This document shows positions 37,258 to 48,345 of a stretch of 64,000 nucleotides of DNA, piece by piece. Under the pieces are notes generated by a model. The model was given only the letters and a program-made list of their open reading frames with translations, was not told where the DNA came from and made no database searches. A program made the translations under genes and the position numbers. The stretch is from a virus: the IMG/VR virus record IMGVR_UViG_3300023110_000006. One strand, 5' to 3'. Each line of letters begins with the position of its first letter. Within the stretch, counting starts at the first letter, position 1.

Positions 37258-40200
37258 ATGGCTGTAGGTCGCATATCCGGTCCGCTCTTAAAGTCAAATC
37301 TCGTTAGAAACGGGATTGACCTGGCTTTTGAGACGGATCTTCTATATTTGGATGTCAACAACTCGCGAGTTGGAATTAACACCAGCAATCCACAATACGA
37401 TTTAGAAGTTAACGGCACAATTAGAGCAGACAATCTAATAGCAGATAATGTTATTGTTGACTCTCTTACATTTGAAAACAACAATATTTCAAGTGATACG
37501 GATATTATTAATCTAGGTACAGCTGACAATGTTGTTTATCAAAACAAACTTGTTGTAAACAGTATTGAAATTAACGATAATACTATTAGAGTAATCGACA
37601 GTAATGCAAATTTAGAATTAGATGCCTCTGGTACAGGAACAATAGAATTACTTGCAGATACTAACGTAAGCGGTAATTTAAATGTTACAGGAAATGTAAC
37701 AACAGATGGTAATATTACTTTAGGTGACTCTGCAACAGATAGTATTGATTTTAATGCTGAACTAGCAAGTGATCTAATTCCAAATATCAATGACACATAT
37801 AGTTTAGGTACACCAACAAAAAGATGGAATGCTGGTTATATACAAAGTGTAAATGCTAGTAATATTACAACTGATACACTGTCAGTTGATGGTATAGATT
37901 TACAAACTAGATACGGAAACATAGTTTATGTTGCAGAAAATGGTGACAATGCTAACACAGGAACGCACCCGCAAGATCCAGTAGCAACTATTGAAAAAGC
38001 ATTACAAGTTGTTACTGCTGGAGACACAGTGCATATTATGCCAGGAGTGTATCAAGAAAGACTTCCGTTAGTAGTACCAGCAGGAGTAACAGTAAAAGGT
38101 CATAGTTTAAGAAGTGTTACAGTTCGACCTGATAGTGTTGACTCTGAAGATGTATTTCATTTAAATGGTGAAACTACAGTTGAAGATTTAACAATACAAG
38201 ATTTTTACTATAACAGCGGAACAGATGTTGGATATGCTTTTAGATTTGCACCAAACTTTGAAGTTACATCTCGTAGCCCATATATTAGAAACGTAACAGT
38301 TTTAACAAAAGGTAGTGTAACAAACGCTAGTGATCCTAGAGGATTTAATCAAGGTGACGCAGGTAAAGGTGCATATTTAGATGGTAGTGTCGCAACAGCA
38401 AATTCAAAAGAAGCAAGCGTTTTATTCCATGCTGTAACTTTTATTACTCCTGGAGTTGACGCATTGACTATTACAAACGGAGTAAGAGTTGAATGGTTAA
38501 ATTCGTTTACATACTTTGCAAATAAAGGTATAAATGCAATTAACGGCGCTACTGGCCTCAAAGGCGCAGGTCAAACAGCAATTAGAGTTAGTGACCTAGA
38601 CGGTTCGTTTAGTGCAGGAGAAACTTTTACTCTAAGCAGTGTTGACGGTAGTACTGTTTTAGCAACAGGAACTATTGCAGACAAAGATACAGATGGTAAA
38701 TTTTATATAAACGGTAATCTTACAAACTTAACTGAAAGAACACTAAGACTAAAGAAAATAATTGGATTCAAAGGCGGCGCAGTTTTACAAACAGCAAACA
38801 AAAAATTTGGTTCAAGTAGTTTATTTTTAGACGGTGTTGACAGTTACATTTCTATTACAGCTAATGAAGATTTTGGTTTTGCACAAGGAGATTTCACATT
38901 AGAATGTTGGATCGATCCAGATACAGTAACTGGTAATCAAACTATATTTGACCTAAGAGCAGGAGTTGCTGGAGACTTTACACCCCATGTATTCTTAGAC
39001 GGATCTACATTAAAGTATGCAACAGCTGACACAACTAGAATACAAGGCGGCACAATTACTACAGGTTCTTGGCAACACATTGCGGTTAGTAGATTTAATG
39101 GATGGACAAGACTGTATTTGAATGGCACACAAGTTGGAGTAACTTATAGAGATCTTACAAACTATGGAGATATTAAGCCAACTAAAATTGGCGGCAATTA
39201 TCTAGGACAAAATTTATTTACAGGACACATTGACGATATAAGAATTAGCAACAGTTCTCGCTATGCTACAGGAACTTATACAGTACCTACATCACAACAG
39301 GTTGGTGATGCAAACACTGTGTTTATGACACATTTCGACGGTGCTAATGGTGCAACTGAATTAGAAGAAGATGTAAAAGAAAGACAAACAATTTCTTTTA
39401 GTGGCGGCGCAACTGCAAACTATGTAGAACTTGCAGACTTTACAGATTTTGGTGGAGAAATTAGGAGTATAGGAAGTGCTAACATATATGGCAACTATGG
39501 AGCGTATGGCGACGGAAACGGCGTTATAATGTATCTAATAGGCCATAATTTTGCATACATTGGTAACGGAAAAGAAGTAACTAACGATGAAACAACTGTT
39601 ATACAAGCTAATGAGACTACAGAACTTAATAATGCAAAAGTAAGATATACAAGCGTTGATCACAGAGGTGATTTTAGAGTAGGCGATAGTTTTTATGTAG
39701 ATCAAGAAACAGGACAAGTTGTGTTTAATGCGGCAACATTAGATGTTGTTACACCTAATGGATTAACATTCACAACAGGCGGAGATACTACTTTTGTTGA
39801 TGGTACTAAAATAGAAACTGGTGATTTTAGAATAAGCGGAAACACTATAGAAACTCTTACACAAGATTTTGACATTGATAGTGCAACAAATATTGTTAAT
39901 ATACAAACCAACACAAACATATCTGGTAATTTAGATGTTACTGGAAATGTAACAGTAGGTGGTAATGTAACAATTGGTGATGAAGATACTGATTCAATTA
40001 ATATTAATGCTGATGTTGACAGTAATATTACACCTAATATTGATGCAACATATGATTTAGGATCTGATGCAAAACGTTGGAAAAATGTTTACGCAAATAA
40101 CTTTGACAATGGTAATATTAAAATTGAAGGCAATCAAATTATTTCAACAGAAAGTAATAGCGATATTGAGATAAATGCATCAGGTACAGGCAATGTTGTT

Positions 40201-42366
40201 ATTGACAGTGATTTACAGGTAACAGGAAATACAGCATATGATGGTGCAGTTACAATCAACAGTGATGTACAAATTACAGGTCAATCAACATTTGACGGAG
40301 ATATTGTACAAACGTCCGGTTCAATTAATATTAATCAAAGTTTGACTGTAGCAGATACTTTAACAGTTTCAGGACAAGCTGATTTTGAAAATATACAGAT
40401 TGCTGGCAATGTTGTTCAAACAACAGAAAGCAACAGTGACTTAGAACTATCAGCCGCAGGAACAGGAAAGGTTATTTTTCCTGATAGTGATTTAGAAATT
40501 GGCGGAGACTTAACAGTTACTGGCACTACTACTTTTAATAACCTAGCGGCGACTGGTACAATTACTACAGATACTCTAGTTGCTAATACAGCAACAATAA
40601 ATGGCCAAGCTAACTTTGAAGATATAGAAATTAACGATAATTATATTACTACAACTCAAAGTAATAGTAATTTAGAGTTACGTGCGGCAGGTACAGGACA
40701 AATATTAATACCTGACAATAATGTTAACATTACTAATGATTTAAATGTAGACGGAACTATTACCTTTAACAATAGTTCAGGTAATTTTTTAACTACAGAT
40801 AGATTGACTGTAAATGATTTGTTAACTATTAATGGTCAAGCACAATTCGAAGATATAGAAATAAACGACAACTATATTACAACAACATTGTCAAACAGTG
40901 ACTTGGAATTAAGAACAAGTGGTACTGGTCAAATTGTTTTACAAGAAGATGTTACTATAACTGGAAATTTAACAGTAGACGGAACCACAACATTTACCGG
41001 AAGCGTTACTGGAACAACAGCTACTATTGATAACTTGACTATCAACAATAACATGACTATACAAGGTCAAATTAATTTTGATAATATTGAAATCAATGAC
41101 AATTACATTACAACTACAGAAAGTAATAGTGATTTAGAATTAAGAGCAAATGGAACAGGACAAGTTATAGTTCCAGATAACAATGTTGAAATTACAAATG
41201 ATTTAAATGTTTTAGGAACAACTACAGTCCAAGATATTACAGGTACAAATATTACTACTGACATTCTTAATGTAAATGATACTTTAACTGTAGACGGGAA
41301 AGCAGATTTTGATGATATAGTTATTCAAGGTAACACTATACAAACTACACAATCAAATAGTGATTTAGAATTATCTGCAAGCGGGACTGGACAAGTTGTT
41401 ATACCTAATAACGATGTAGTTATAAATCAAAATCTTACTGTTTTAGGTGACATAAGTGCAAGTGGATTGCAATCACAAGGTAGAGTAACAGCAAACAGTT
41501 TCTTCACAGGGGACTTGTTAATTGATGACAATTTTATTACAACTACCCTAAGCAACAGTGATTTAGAATTAAGAGCAAACGGAACTGGTAGTATTGTAAT
41601 AGATGATTACAGTTTTAATAACAATATTATGTCGACTACAGGAACAATGGTTATTAGTCCTGCAAGTGGCACTTTGGAAATAGACAGTACAGATAGTATT
41701 ATACTACCAAACGGTGACACATCACAAAGAAATGCAACACCGCAAACTGGTATGATTAGATACAACAATCAAACAAATAATTTTGAAGGCTACAACGGAA
41801 ATTGGGTAAATTTAGACGAAGGTGTTGTAGACAGTGACGGAGATACAAAAATAACAGCTGAACTTACTCCTGGTGCAAATGATGATGTAATTAGATTCTA
41901 CAACGCAGGCGTATTGACAGCAGATCTTACTGCAACTAGATTTAGTACAACTAAACTTATTGTAGATGATTTAGAGTTCGAAGATAATACCATAAAAACG
42001 ATAACTACTAATAGTGATTTGCAGTTATCGGGCAACGGTACAGGCGGTGTTGTCATCGATAACTTCCAAATAAAAGACTCAACTATATTAAATACAGTAA
42101 CAGATAATGTTACGGTTTTTGACTCTAATGCAAACGGATACTTTAAGTTTGCAGGAACAAAAGGTGTTGTTATACCAGTTGGAGACAACTTAAACAGACC
42201 TGCTTTTGTTAATTCAGAAACTGGTATGTTAAGGTACAATACAGCTGATGAAAGAGTTGAGATTTTTGATGGTACAAACTGGACAAGTGTCGCAGGTAGT
42301 GCTAGTGGTATTAGTAGAAACGATGCTGAAGCGATTGCTTTAGAATATGTATTAGTGTTAGGATAA
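37258..42366 (+). CDS. Long tail-fibre-like protein B with LamG/ConA-like lectin domain (1702 aa)
   Basis: Paralog of 32868; KKFGSSSLFLDG...DFTLECWI...WQHIAVSR...GHIDDIRIS lectin domain; SNSDLELRANGTG repeats. Confidence 0.75.
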   Translation: MAVGRISGPLLKSNLVRNGIDLAFETDLLYLDVNNSRVGINTSNPQYDLEVNGTIRADNLIADNVIVDSLTFENNNISSDTDIINLGTADNVVYQNKLVVNSIEINDNTIRVIDSNANLELDASGTGTIELLADTNVSGNLNVTGNVTTDGNITLGDSATDSIDFNAELASDLIPNINDTYSLGTPTKRWNAGYIQSVNASNITTDTLSVDGIDLQTRYGNIVYVAENGDNANTGTHPQDPVATIEKALQVVTAGDTVHIMPGVYQERLPLVVPAGVTVKGHSLRSVTVRPDSVDSEDVFHLNGETTVEDLTIQDFYYNSGTDVGYAFRFAPNFEVTSRSPYIRNVTVLTKGSVTNASDPRGFNQGDAGKGAYLDGSVATANSKEASVLFHAVTFITPGVDALTITNGVRVEWLNSFTYFANKGINAINGATGLKGAGQTAIRVSDLDGSFSAGETFTLSSVDGSTVLATGTIADKDTDGKFYINGNLTNLTERTLRLKKIIGFKGGAVLQTANKKFGSSSLFLDGVDSYISITANEDFGFAQGDFTLECWIDPDTVTGNQTIFDLRAGVAGDFTPHVFLDGSTLKYATADTTRIQGGTITTGSWQHIAVSRFNGWTRLYLNGTQVGVTYRDLTNYGDIKPTKIGGNYLGQNLFTGHIDDIRISNSSRYATGTYTVPTSQQVGDANTVFMTHFDGANGATELEEDVKERQTISFSGGATANYVELADFTDFGGEIRSIGSANIYGNYGAYGDGNGVIMYLIGHNFAYIGNGKEVTNDETTVIQANETTELNNAKVRYTSVDHRGDFRVGDSFYVDQETGQVVFNAATLDVVTPNGLTFTTGGDTTFVDGTKIETGDFRISGNTIETLTQDFDIDSATNIVNIQTNTNISGNLDVTGNVTVGGNVTIGDEDTDSININADVDSNITPNIDATYDLGSDAKRWKNVYANNFDNGNIKIEGNQIISTESNSDIEINASGTGNVVIDSDLQVTGNTAYDGAVTINSDVQITGQSTFDGDIVQTSGSININQSLTVADTLTVSGQADFENIQIAGNVVQTTESNSDLELSAAGTGKVIFPDSDLEIGGDLTVTGTTTFNNLAATGTITTDTLVANTATINGQANFEDIEINDNYITTTQSNSNLELRAAGTGQILIPDNNVNITNDLNVDGTITFNNSSGNFLTTDRLTVNDLLTINGQAQFEDIEINDNYITTTLSNSDLELRTSGTGQIVLQEDVTITGNLTVDGTTTFTGSVTGTTATIDNLTINNNMTIQGQINFDNIEINDNYITTTESNSDLELRANGTGQVIVPDNNVEITNDLNVLGTTTVQDITGTNITTDILNVNDTLTVDGKADFDDIVIQGNTIQTTQSNSDLELSASGTGQVVIPNNDVVINQNLTVLGDISASGLQSQGRVTANSFFTGDLLIDDNFITTTLSNSDLELRANGTGSIVIDDYSFNNNIMSTTGTMVISPASGTLEIDSTDSIILPNGDTSQRNATPQTGMIRYNNQTNNFEGYNGNWVNLDEGVVDSDGDTKITAELTPGANDDVIRFYNAGVLTADLTATRFSTTKLIVDDLEFEDNTIKTITTNSDLQLSGNGTGGVVIDNFQIKDSTILNTVTDNVTVFDSNANGYFKFAGTKGVVIPVGDNLNRPAFVNSETGMLRYNTADERVEIFDGTNWTSVAGSASGISRNDAEAIALEYVLVLG

Positions 42367-42370
42367 GATA

Positions 42371-42700
42371 ATGGCAACATTTTTTAGACAAAAAATTATT
42401 AAAGACGTAGGCACACAAAAGATTGAAGTGTTTGAAGCCGCACCAGGAACAAATGCTACAATTATTGGTTTGAATTTAGCTAACACTTCAGAATTTGCTA
42501 TTCAAGCAAGTATATTAATTAGAGACGATACGAGTGTAGAAGCGTTTTATGTGAAAGATGTTATGATAGCACCCCAGACAGCTTTCAAAGCAATGATAGG
42601 TGGTGAAAAGGTTATTATACCAAGTGGATATTCAATACTTGTGCAGTCTGATCAAGATGATTCGATTGATGCAATCATAAGTTATGTGGATATTACGTAA
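42371..42700 (+). CDS. Small structural protein (paralog family)
   Basis: 109 aa; IIGLNLAN and GEKVII pattern. Confidence 0.6.
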   Translation: MATFFRQKIIKDVGTQKIEVFEAAPGTNATIIGLNLANTSEFAIQASILIRDDTSVEAFYVKDVMIAPQTAFKAMIGGEKVIIPSGYSILVQSDQDDSIDAIISYVDIT

Positions 42701-42710
42701 GGAGTAAATT

Positions 42711-43424
42711 ATGTCACAGTATGCAGGTAATGAAGCAGGTTATATTACAGGAAATTTAGACGGAAGGTTTTTTTACGGTCTTAGACGTACAGAACAAGGC
42801 GAACTGTTTTTTACAAAAATTGATCAAATGGATGCAACTGCTTCTTTACAAGTAAACAAACCAGGTGACCCTAGTAATAATTTTCCAGACTTTGAACAAG
42901 GACAAGATTTTTACGAAGGTAGAGATCAAAATCATGAAATAATATATGAAAACTTAAATTATGAACAATTTAGATGGGATAATAGACATATTAATTATTA
43001 CATCAATGACGATGGAGAATTTGTTGTACGTGTAAATGCAAAACATACATATTCAAATGATATTAGTAGTGACGGCTTAACAAACTATAATAAAAACTAT
43101 TATCAAGTAACTGTTGCAAATTCAGGCGGAAACAAATACTTCTTTAATGGTATACTAACTCCTACTTTAAATTTATATGAAGGACAAGTATACACATTTG
43201 GTCAAGCAGATGCTTCTAATAATACACACCCTCTAAGATTAAGCACAACAGCAGATGGTACACACAATGGTGGAGTGCAGTATACAACAGGAGTAGAAGT
43301 ATTTGGTACGCCAGGAGTTGAAGGAAGTTATGTGAAATTTACTGTTCCAGTAAATGCACCAACTTTATATTATTATTGCGTAAACCATCCAGGTATGGGT
43401 GGACAAATAAATACACTAACATAA
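42711..43424 (+). CDS. Structural protein with C-terminal cupredoxin-like domain
   Basis: HPLRLS...PTLYYYCVNHPGMGG (His/Cys/His/Met). Confidence 0.6.
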   Translation: MSQYAGNEAGYITGNLDGRFFYGLRRTEQGELFFTKIDQMDATASLQVNKPGDPSNNFPDFEQGQDFYEGRDQNHEIIYENLNYEQFRWDNRHINYYINDDGEFVVRVNAKHTYSNDISSDGLTNYNKNYYQVTVANSGGNKYFFNGILTPTLNLYEGQVYTFGQADASNNTHPLRLSTTADGTHNGGVQYTTGVEVFGTPGVEGSYVKFTVPVNAPTLYYYCVNHPGMGGQINTLT

Positions 43425-43442
43425 TGATTAGGAATGTAAAAA

Positions 43443-46400
43443 ATGGCTGAATTTAGAATAGATAGACTTCGTTTTAACTGGATAGGTACATGGAGCGCAG
43501 GCACAGTATATAGAAAAGATGATGTTGTGCAATATGGTGGTAAGGTATTTGTTGCACTAGCTAACCATACAGCGAGTGCAGATTTCAATGACGACCTAGA
43601 TAATTTTGTTGCAGGGGTTGCTACTCCTAAATGGGAACAAATGCTAGATGGATATGAATGGAAGGGCGAATGGCAACCTGAAACTTTTTATAAAGTACAT
43701 GATATTACAAAATATAGAGGAATAGTGTACACTTGTATTGACAGCCATACAAGCCAGGCTACTATTGCACTTGGTTTAGAATTCGATCAAGAAAAATGGA
43801 AAATATTTTCAAAAGGTCCTAATTATCTTGTAACATGGACAGCAAACACATATTATAAGAAAAATGATTTAATAAAATACGGTGGCAGTTTATATTCTTG
43901 TACACAAGATCATCAAAGTAACGATGCAGTCAACGGTTTAGAATTTGATATAGATAAATGGGCAATTTATAATAGAAGTGATAATTGGAAAAATATATGG
44001 ACAGTTAACACTAGATATGTAAAAGATGACATTGTAAGATATGGTGGTAACATATACAGATGTATTGTTGGTCACACAAGTAACAGCGACATACGAGAAG
44101 GTATCGGAACTGATTTAGGTTTAGATTCTTCTGTAGCAAAATGGGAATTAGTTGCAGAAGGAATTGAATACAAAGGAGCATGGTCAGGTTCACAATGGTA
44201 TAAAACAAATGACATTGTAACATATGGATCAAACTTGTATAGAGCAAGAAGAGGTATGAGTGGTACTGATACATTTGATGACACAGACGATTGGGATATT
44301 TGGTTACCTGGTTTAGGTTATGAAAATGTGTGGAGTGACAATGAAGTTTATCAACCAGGAGATGTAGTAACATACGGTGGGTATTCTTACATAGCATTAA
44401 CAATTAATATTGGTTCAAATCCAAGTGCATTTGATGTCCAACAAGACGGTGTTGGAGCAGATTGGGAAATTATAACTAGAGGTTACAATTTAAGAGGTGA
44501 ATGGGATATTTTAGTTCAATATAAACCTGGTGATGTTGTACGCAAAGGCGGCTACTTATACGAAGCACTTTTAAACATACTACCTGTTGAACAAACAGAA
44601 CCGGGCGATCCAGACAATGACACAACTGCAAGTTGGAGATTAATTACTACAGCGATTGCATGGAAAGGCGAATGGAAAGATTCTGCTAGTGAAGATAGTT
44701 CTTTTTTCCAATATTACCCCGGCGATGTAGTTATGGACGAAAGCATTTCTTATATTTGTAAAAAACAACACTATAGCAATATTATCGAAGCTAGACCAAA
44801 ATTTGATTTACAAAAAAATAGTCCAGGACCAGATTATTGGAGTGTTTATGCTGGAGCAAATGAAACTAGTGTAACTAATAATGTATTGCGTTACAAAGGT
44901 GATTTAAGAACTTACAGCGTTAGAGATGATGGTAGCACAGCTGGTCCTTCGAGACTAGCTATAGGAACATCTGGTAATGTACTTAAGGTAGATGAAGACA
45001 GTACATTAAAATGGGCTAATTTAGGAGAAATAAACAAAGTTTGGTATGTTGCTGGACAGGGAGAAGATATTCCTGAAAACGGCAGAAGCCAATCAACTCC
45101 TTTTAAAACAGTCAAATATGCACTACAGTATTTACAAGGTAATTTATTAGAAAGAACACCTGCTACTGTGTTTGTAGCAACAGGTGCATATAAAGAAATA
45201 CTTCCAATAGTTATACCAAAAGATGTTGCAGTAGTTGGAGACGAATTGCGTAGCACAACAATTATGCCTGCAGATGGATATGAAACTAGTGACATGTTTT
45301 ATATGCATAACGGTAGTGGATTAAGAAACTGTACATTACAAGGTTTAAACGGAACATTAGGAGATCCAAATGACAATTTAACTAGACGTCCGTCAGCTGG
45401 TGCTTACGTTTCATTAGACCCTACAGCAGGAGATCCAAGCCAAGACTATGCTTGGATTGAAACAAAATCTCCTTATGTACAAAACGTAACAACATTTGGT
45501 ACAGGATGTATAGGAATGAAAGTAGATGGTGATCTACACAACGGAGGCAATAAGTCAATAGTTGCAAATGACTTTACACAAATTTTAAGTGATGGTATTG
45601 GTTATTGGGCTAACGGTGAAGGTAAATCAGAACTTGTGTCAGTGTTTACGTACTATTGCCATATAGGTTACCTTTCAACTGATGGTGGTAAAGTTCGTGC
45701 ATTGAACGGAAATAATTCATATGGAGAGTATGGTTGTGTTGCTGAAGGTTATGATATAAATGAAACACCGATCACAGGATCTGTTGATAACAGAAGTAAA
45801 CAGGCACAAATTGCATTTACGTACACAAACAAAGATAAGGTATTTGGAGTTGCATATACAAATGCAGGAGAAGCATATACAAGTGCAACATTAAACATTG
45901 CTGGTAATGGTACAGGTTTTGCTTCAACATTGGACAGTGATATTAGAGACGGTGCAATTACTGAAATATTTGTTACAGAAGAAGATTCTAACTTTATTGG
46001 TGGTAGTAACTATACATTCCTAGCAAACAAAGCACAAATAGGAACAACAACGACACTTACACTTAGTGGCGCAGATGATCAAGATGATCCAAACAAATAT
46101 ATTGGTCAAAGACTTTTTATATATGACGGTAAAGGTACAGGACAGTACGGAAGAATTACAGGCCTTAACACAACAAATAAGATTGTAACTGTAGCAAAAG
46201 AATCAAATGGTGAACCAGGATGGGAACATGTTTCCGGAAGACCGATAGAAGCAAGCCTAAACGATACAACAAGATATTATATTGAGCCACGAGTAGATAT
46301 TTCTCCTCCTAATTACACTACAGGAACAGTAAGTTTAGGAAGCTCAGATACGTGGACAGATTGCGCTTCAGGAACTTATAATAGTTCACCTATATATGTA

Positions 46401-48311
46401 GCAACAGCAAATGAAGGTACTGTTGTAACTAGTAACGACGGTGAAGGTTGGAATCCAGCTACTACGTCAAATGGAAAATTTGTTGCAATAGCAAATGGAA
46501 ACATTTTTGTTGCGAACGATGCAGGTGCAGGTGATTACAGTACAGACGGCGGCGCTACATGGGCAAACAGCGGTAGTTTTACATATACCGGTGTTGTAAC
46601 AGATATAACTGGCAGACCAGATAATAATACAATGTTAGCAACACTAGGAGGTGGCGGAACTACTACCGATCTTGCACGTTCTAGTGATGGTGGCCAATCA
46701 TGGTCAACCGTTACACTTCCAACTTCAGATTTTTGGACTTGTACTGCCTACGGAAACGGAACTTGGGTAGCACTTGCAGGTACTGATAGTAATAGAAGCA
46801 ACAACTATGTCTATTCAACAGATGATGGATCAAATTGGACAGCAGGTACGTTGCCAGCAACTAGCGCATGGAGCCATGTAACTTTTGCAAAAGACAGATT
46901 TGTAGCAATTACAAATAAAACAGATAGTTCAGTAGCAGAAACAGCAGTAAGCTATGATGGTATAACTTGGTACGAAGGATCTATGGAGCCAGGCGAATGG
47001 TCAGGCATTGCATGGAACAATGGTACATTTTTATGTCCAAAAAGTGATACAGGCGCATCATCAGATGTTATTGCAGTAAGTAGAGACGGGTTTCATTGGA
47101 CATCTAAACTAGTTGACTCTGCATTTGAAAAACGCGGAGGTGTTATTGCAACACAAAATGGAGTATGGATTATTCCTACTGCTACAGAAGCAAATGCTGT
47201 TAAAATTAATTACGGAACACCAGCTTTGGCTAGAGCGTCTGTTGCAAGTGGTAGAATAGGATCTTTTTACATACACGAGACAGGATCAAATTACACAGAC
47301 ACTCCAACTGTAACAGTTTTTGATAATACAAAAACATCAGATGTAACAGTTAATCCTAGGGTAGGCAATGGTGTGCTATCACAACCAGCTATAACTAATT
47401 TTGGTAGTAACTACTTTAGATCTAGTGCTACAGTCAGCGGTGACGGTTATGCAGATCTATTGCAAATTGCAGATGAATTAATAGTTACTGGAATCTCAAA
47501 ACTTCCAGGACCTGGTGATAATATTACCATAGGCGGCATTGACGATGTTACATATTTTGTTGTTAAAATTAAAGAATCTAGTGGAGGTGTAGGTAACTAT
47601 AATCTAACACTTCAAATTAGTCCTAATTTAGGTAGAGCAGAAGCTCCAACTCACGGAGAAAATGTTGTTATAAGACAAAAATACAGTCAAATTAGATTGA
47701 CTGGACATGATTTCTTAGACATAGGTACAGGTAACTTTGGAAGTACAAATTATCCAGGATTATATGTGTTTGGATACGATCCAGATGCAAATGCTGAACC
47801 AAAACAGTTCCAAGAAGTTGTACAATTCAACGGTGGTCGTGTGTTCTATACAAGTACAGACCAAGACGGTAACTTTAGAGTTGGTGAACTATTTGAAGTT
47901 GAACAGGCTACAGGTACAATTAGTATTAATGCGGCATTCTTTGAACTAGATGGTTTAGAAGAACTTAGACTAGGCGGTGTTGTACTAGGTGGTACAGGTG
48001 CTGTGGTTAGAGAATTTTCAACTGATCCAACCTTTGCGGCAAACAGTAATAACATTGTTCCAACACAAAAAGCTATTGCCGCATATGTACAATCTAGAGT
48101 ATCATCAGGTGGATCTGATTTGAAAGTAAACAGACTTAATGCAGGTAATATTAGCTTCGAAGGCAATAAAATTTTCAAAGTACTAGGAGGTTCAATTAGT
48201 ACTTTAGTACCTGTAAACTTTAAACAAGGAGTTGATGGTGAAATTGCGGCACAAGCATACTTTAGATTTGGTGGCGTTGGCGCAGTAGGCGGAAACTTTG
48301 TGGAAGAATAA
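43443..48311 (+). CDS. Large virion fibre protein C with carbohydrate-binding repeats and BNR/Asp-box propeller (1622 aa)
   Basis: N-terminal W-x5-Y-x3-D-x-V-x-YGG repeats (CBM5/12-like); Asp-boxes STDGGATW, SSDGGQSW and STDDGSNW. Confidence 0.7.
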   Translation: MAEFRIDRLRFNWIGTWSAGTVYRKDDVVQYGGKVFVALANHTASADFNDDLDNFVAGVATPKWEQMLDGYEWKGEWQPETFYKVHDITKYRGIVYTCIDSHTSQATIALGLEFDQEKWKIFSKGPNYLVTWTANTYYKKNDLIKYGGSLYSCTQDHQSNDAVNGLEFDIDKWAIYNRSDNWKNIWTVNTRYVKDDIVRYGGNIYRCIVGHTSNSDIREGIGTDLGLDSSVAKWELVAEGIEYKGAWSGSQWYKTNDIVTYGSNLYRARRGMSGTDTFDDTDDWDIWLPGLGYENVWSDNEVYQPGDVVTYGGYSYIALTINIGSNPSAFDVQQDGVGADWEIITRGYNLRGEWDILVQYKPGDVVRKGGYLYEALLNILPVEQTEPGDPDNDTTASWRLITTAIAWKGEWKDSASEDSSFFQYYPGDVVMDESISYICKKQHYSNIIEARPKFDLQKNSPGPDYWSVYAGANETSVTNNVLRYKGDLRTYSVRDDGSTAGPSRLAIGTSGNVLKVDEDSTLKWANLGEINKVWYVAGQGEDIPENGRSQSTPFKTVKYALQYLQGNLLERTPATVFVATGAYKEILPIVIPKDVAVVGDELRSTTIMPADGYETSDMFYMHNGSGLRNCTLQGLNGTLGDPNDNLTRRPSAGAYVSLDPTAGDPSQDYAWIETKSPYVQNVTTFGTGCIGMKVDGDLHNGGNKSIVANDFTQILSDGIGYWANGEGKSELVSVFTYYCHIGYLSTDGGKVRALNGNNSYGEYGCVAEGYDINETPITGSVDNRSKQAQIAFTYTNKDKVFGVAYTNAGEAYTSATLNIAGNGTGFASTLDSDIRDGAITEIFVTEEDSNFIGGSNYTFLANKAQIGTTTTLTLSGADDQDDPNKYIGQRLFIYDGKGTGQYGRITGLNTTNKIVTVAKESNGEPGWEHVSGRPIEASLNDTTRYYIEPRVDISPPNYTTGTVSLGSSDTWTDCASGTYNSSPIYVATANEGTVVTSNDGEGWNPATTSNGKFVAIANGNIFVANDAGAGDYSTDGGATWANSGSFTYTGVVTDITGRPDNNTMLATLGGGGTTTDLARSSDGGQSWSTVTLPTSDFWTCTAYGNGTWVALAGTDSNRSNNYVYSTDDGSNWTAGTLPATSAWSHVTFAKDRFVAITNKTDSSVAETAVSYDGITWYEGSMEPGEWSGIAWNNGTFLCPKSDTGASSDVIAVSRDGFHWTSKLVDSAFEKRGGVIATQNGVWIIPTATEANAVKINYGTPALARASVASGRIGSFYIHETGSNYTDTPTVTVFDNTKTSDVTVNPRVGNGVLSQPAITNFGSNYFRSSATVSGDGYADLLQIADELIVTGISKLPGPGDNITIGGIDDVTYFVVKIKESSGGVGNYNLTLQISPNLGRAEAPTHGENVVIRQKYSQIRLTGHDFLDIGTGNFGSTNYPGLYVFGYDPDANAEPKQFQEVVQFNGGRVFYTSTDQDGNFRVGELFEVEQATGTISINAAFFELDGLEELRLGGVVLGGTGAVVREFSTDPTFAANSNNIVPTQKAIAAYVQSRVSSGGSDLKVNRLNAGNISFEGNKIFKVLGGSISTLVPVNFKQGVDGEIAAQAYFRFGGVGAVGGNFVEE

Positions 48312-48345
48312 GATATGATAAATATAACATACACTGGAGTAATCA

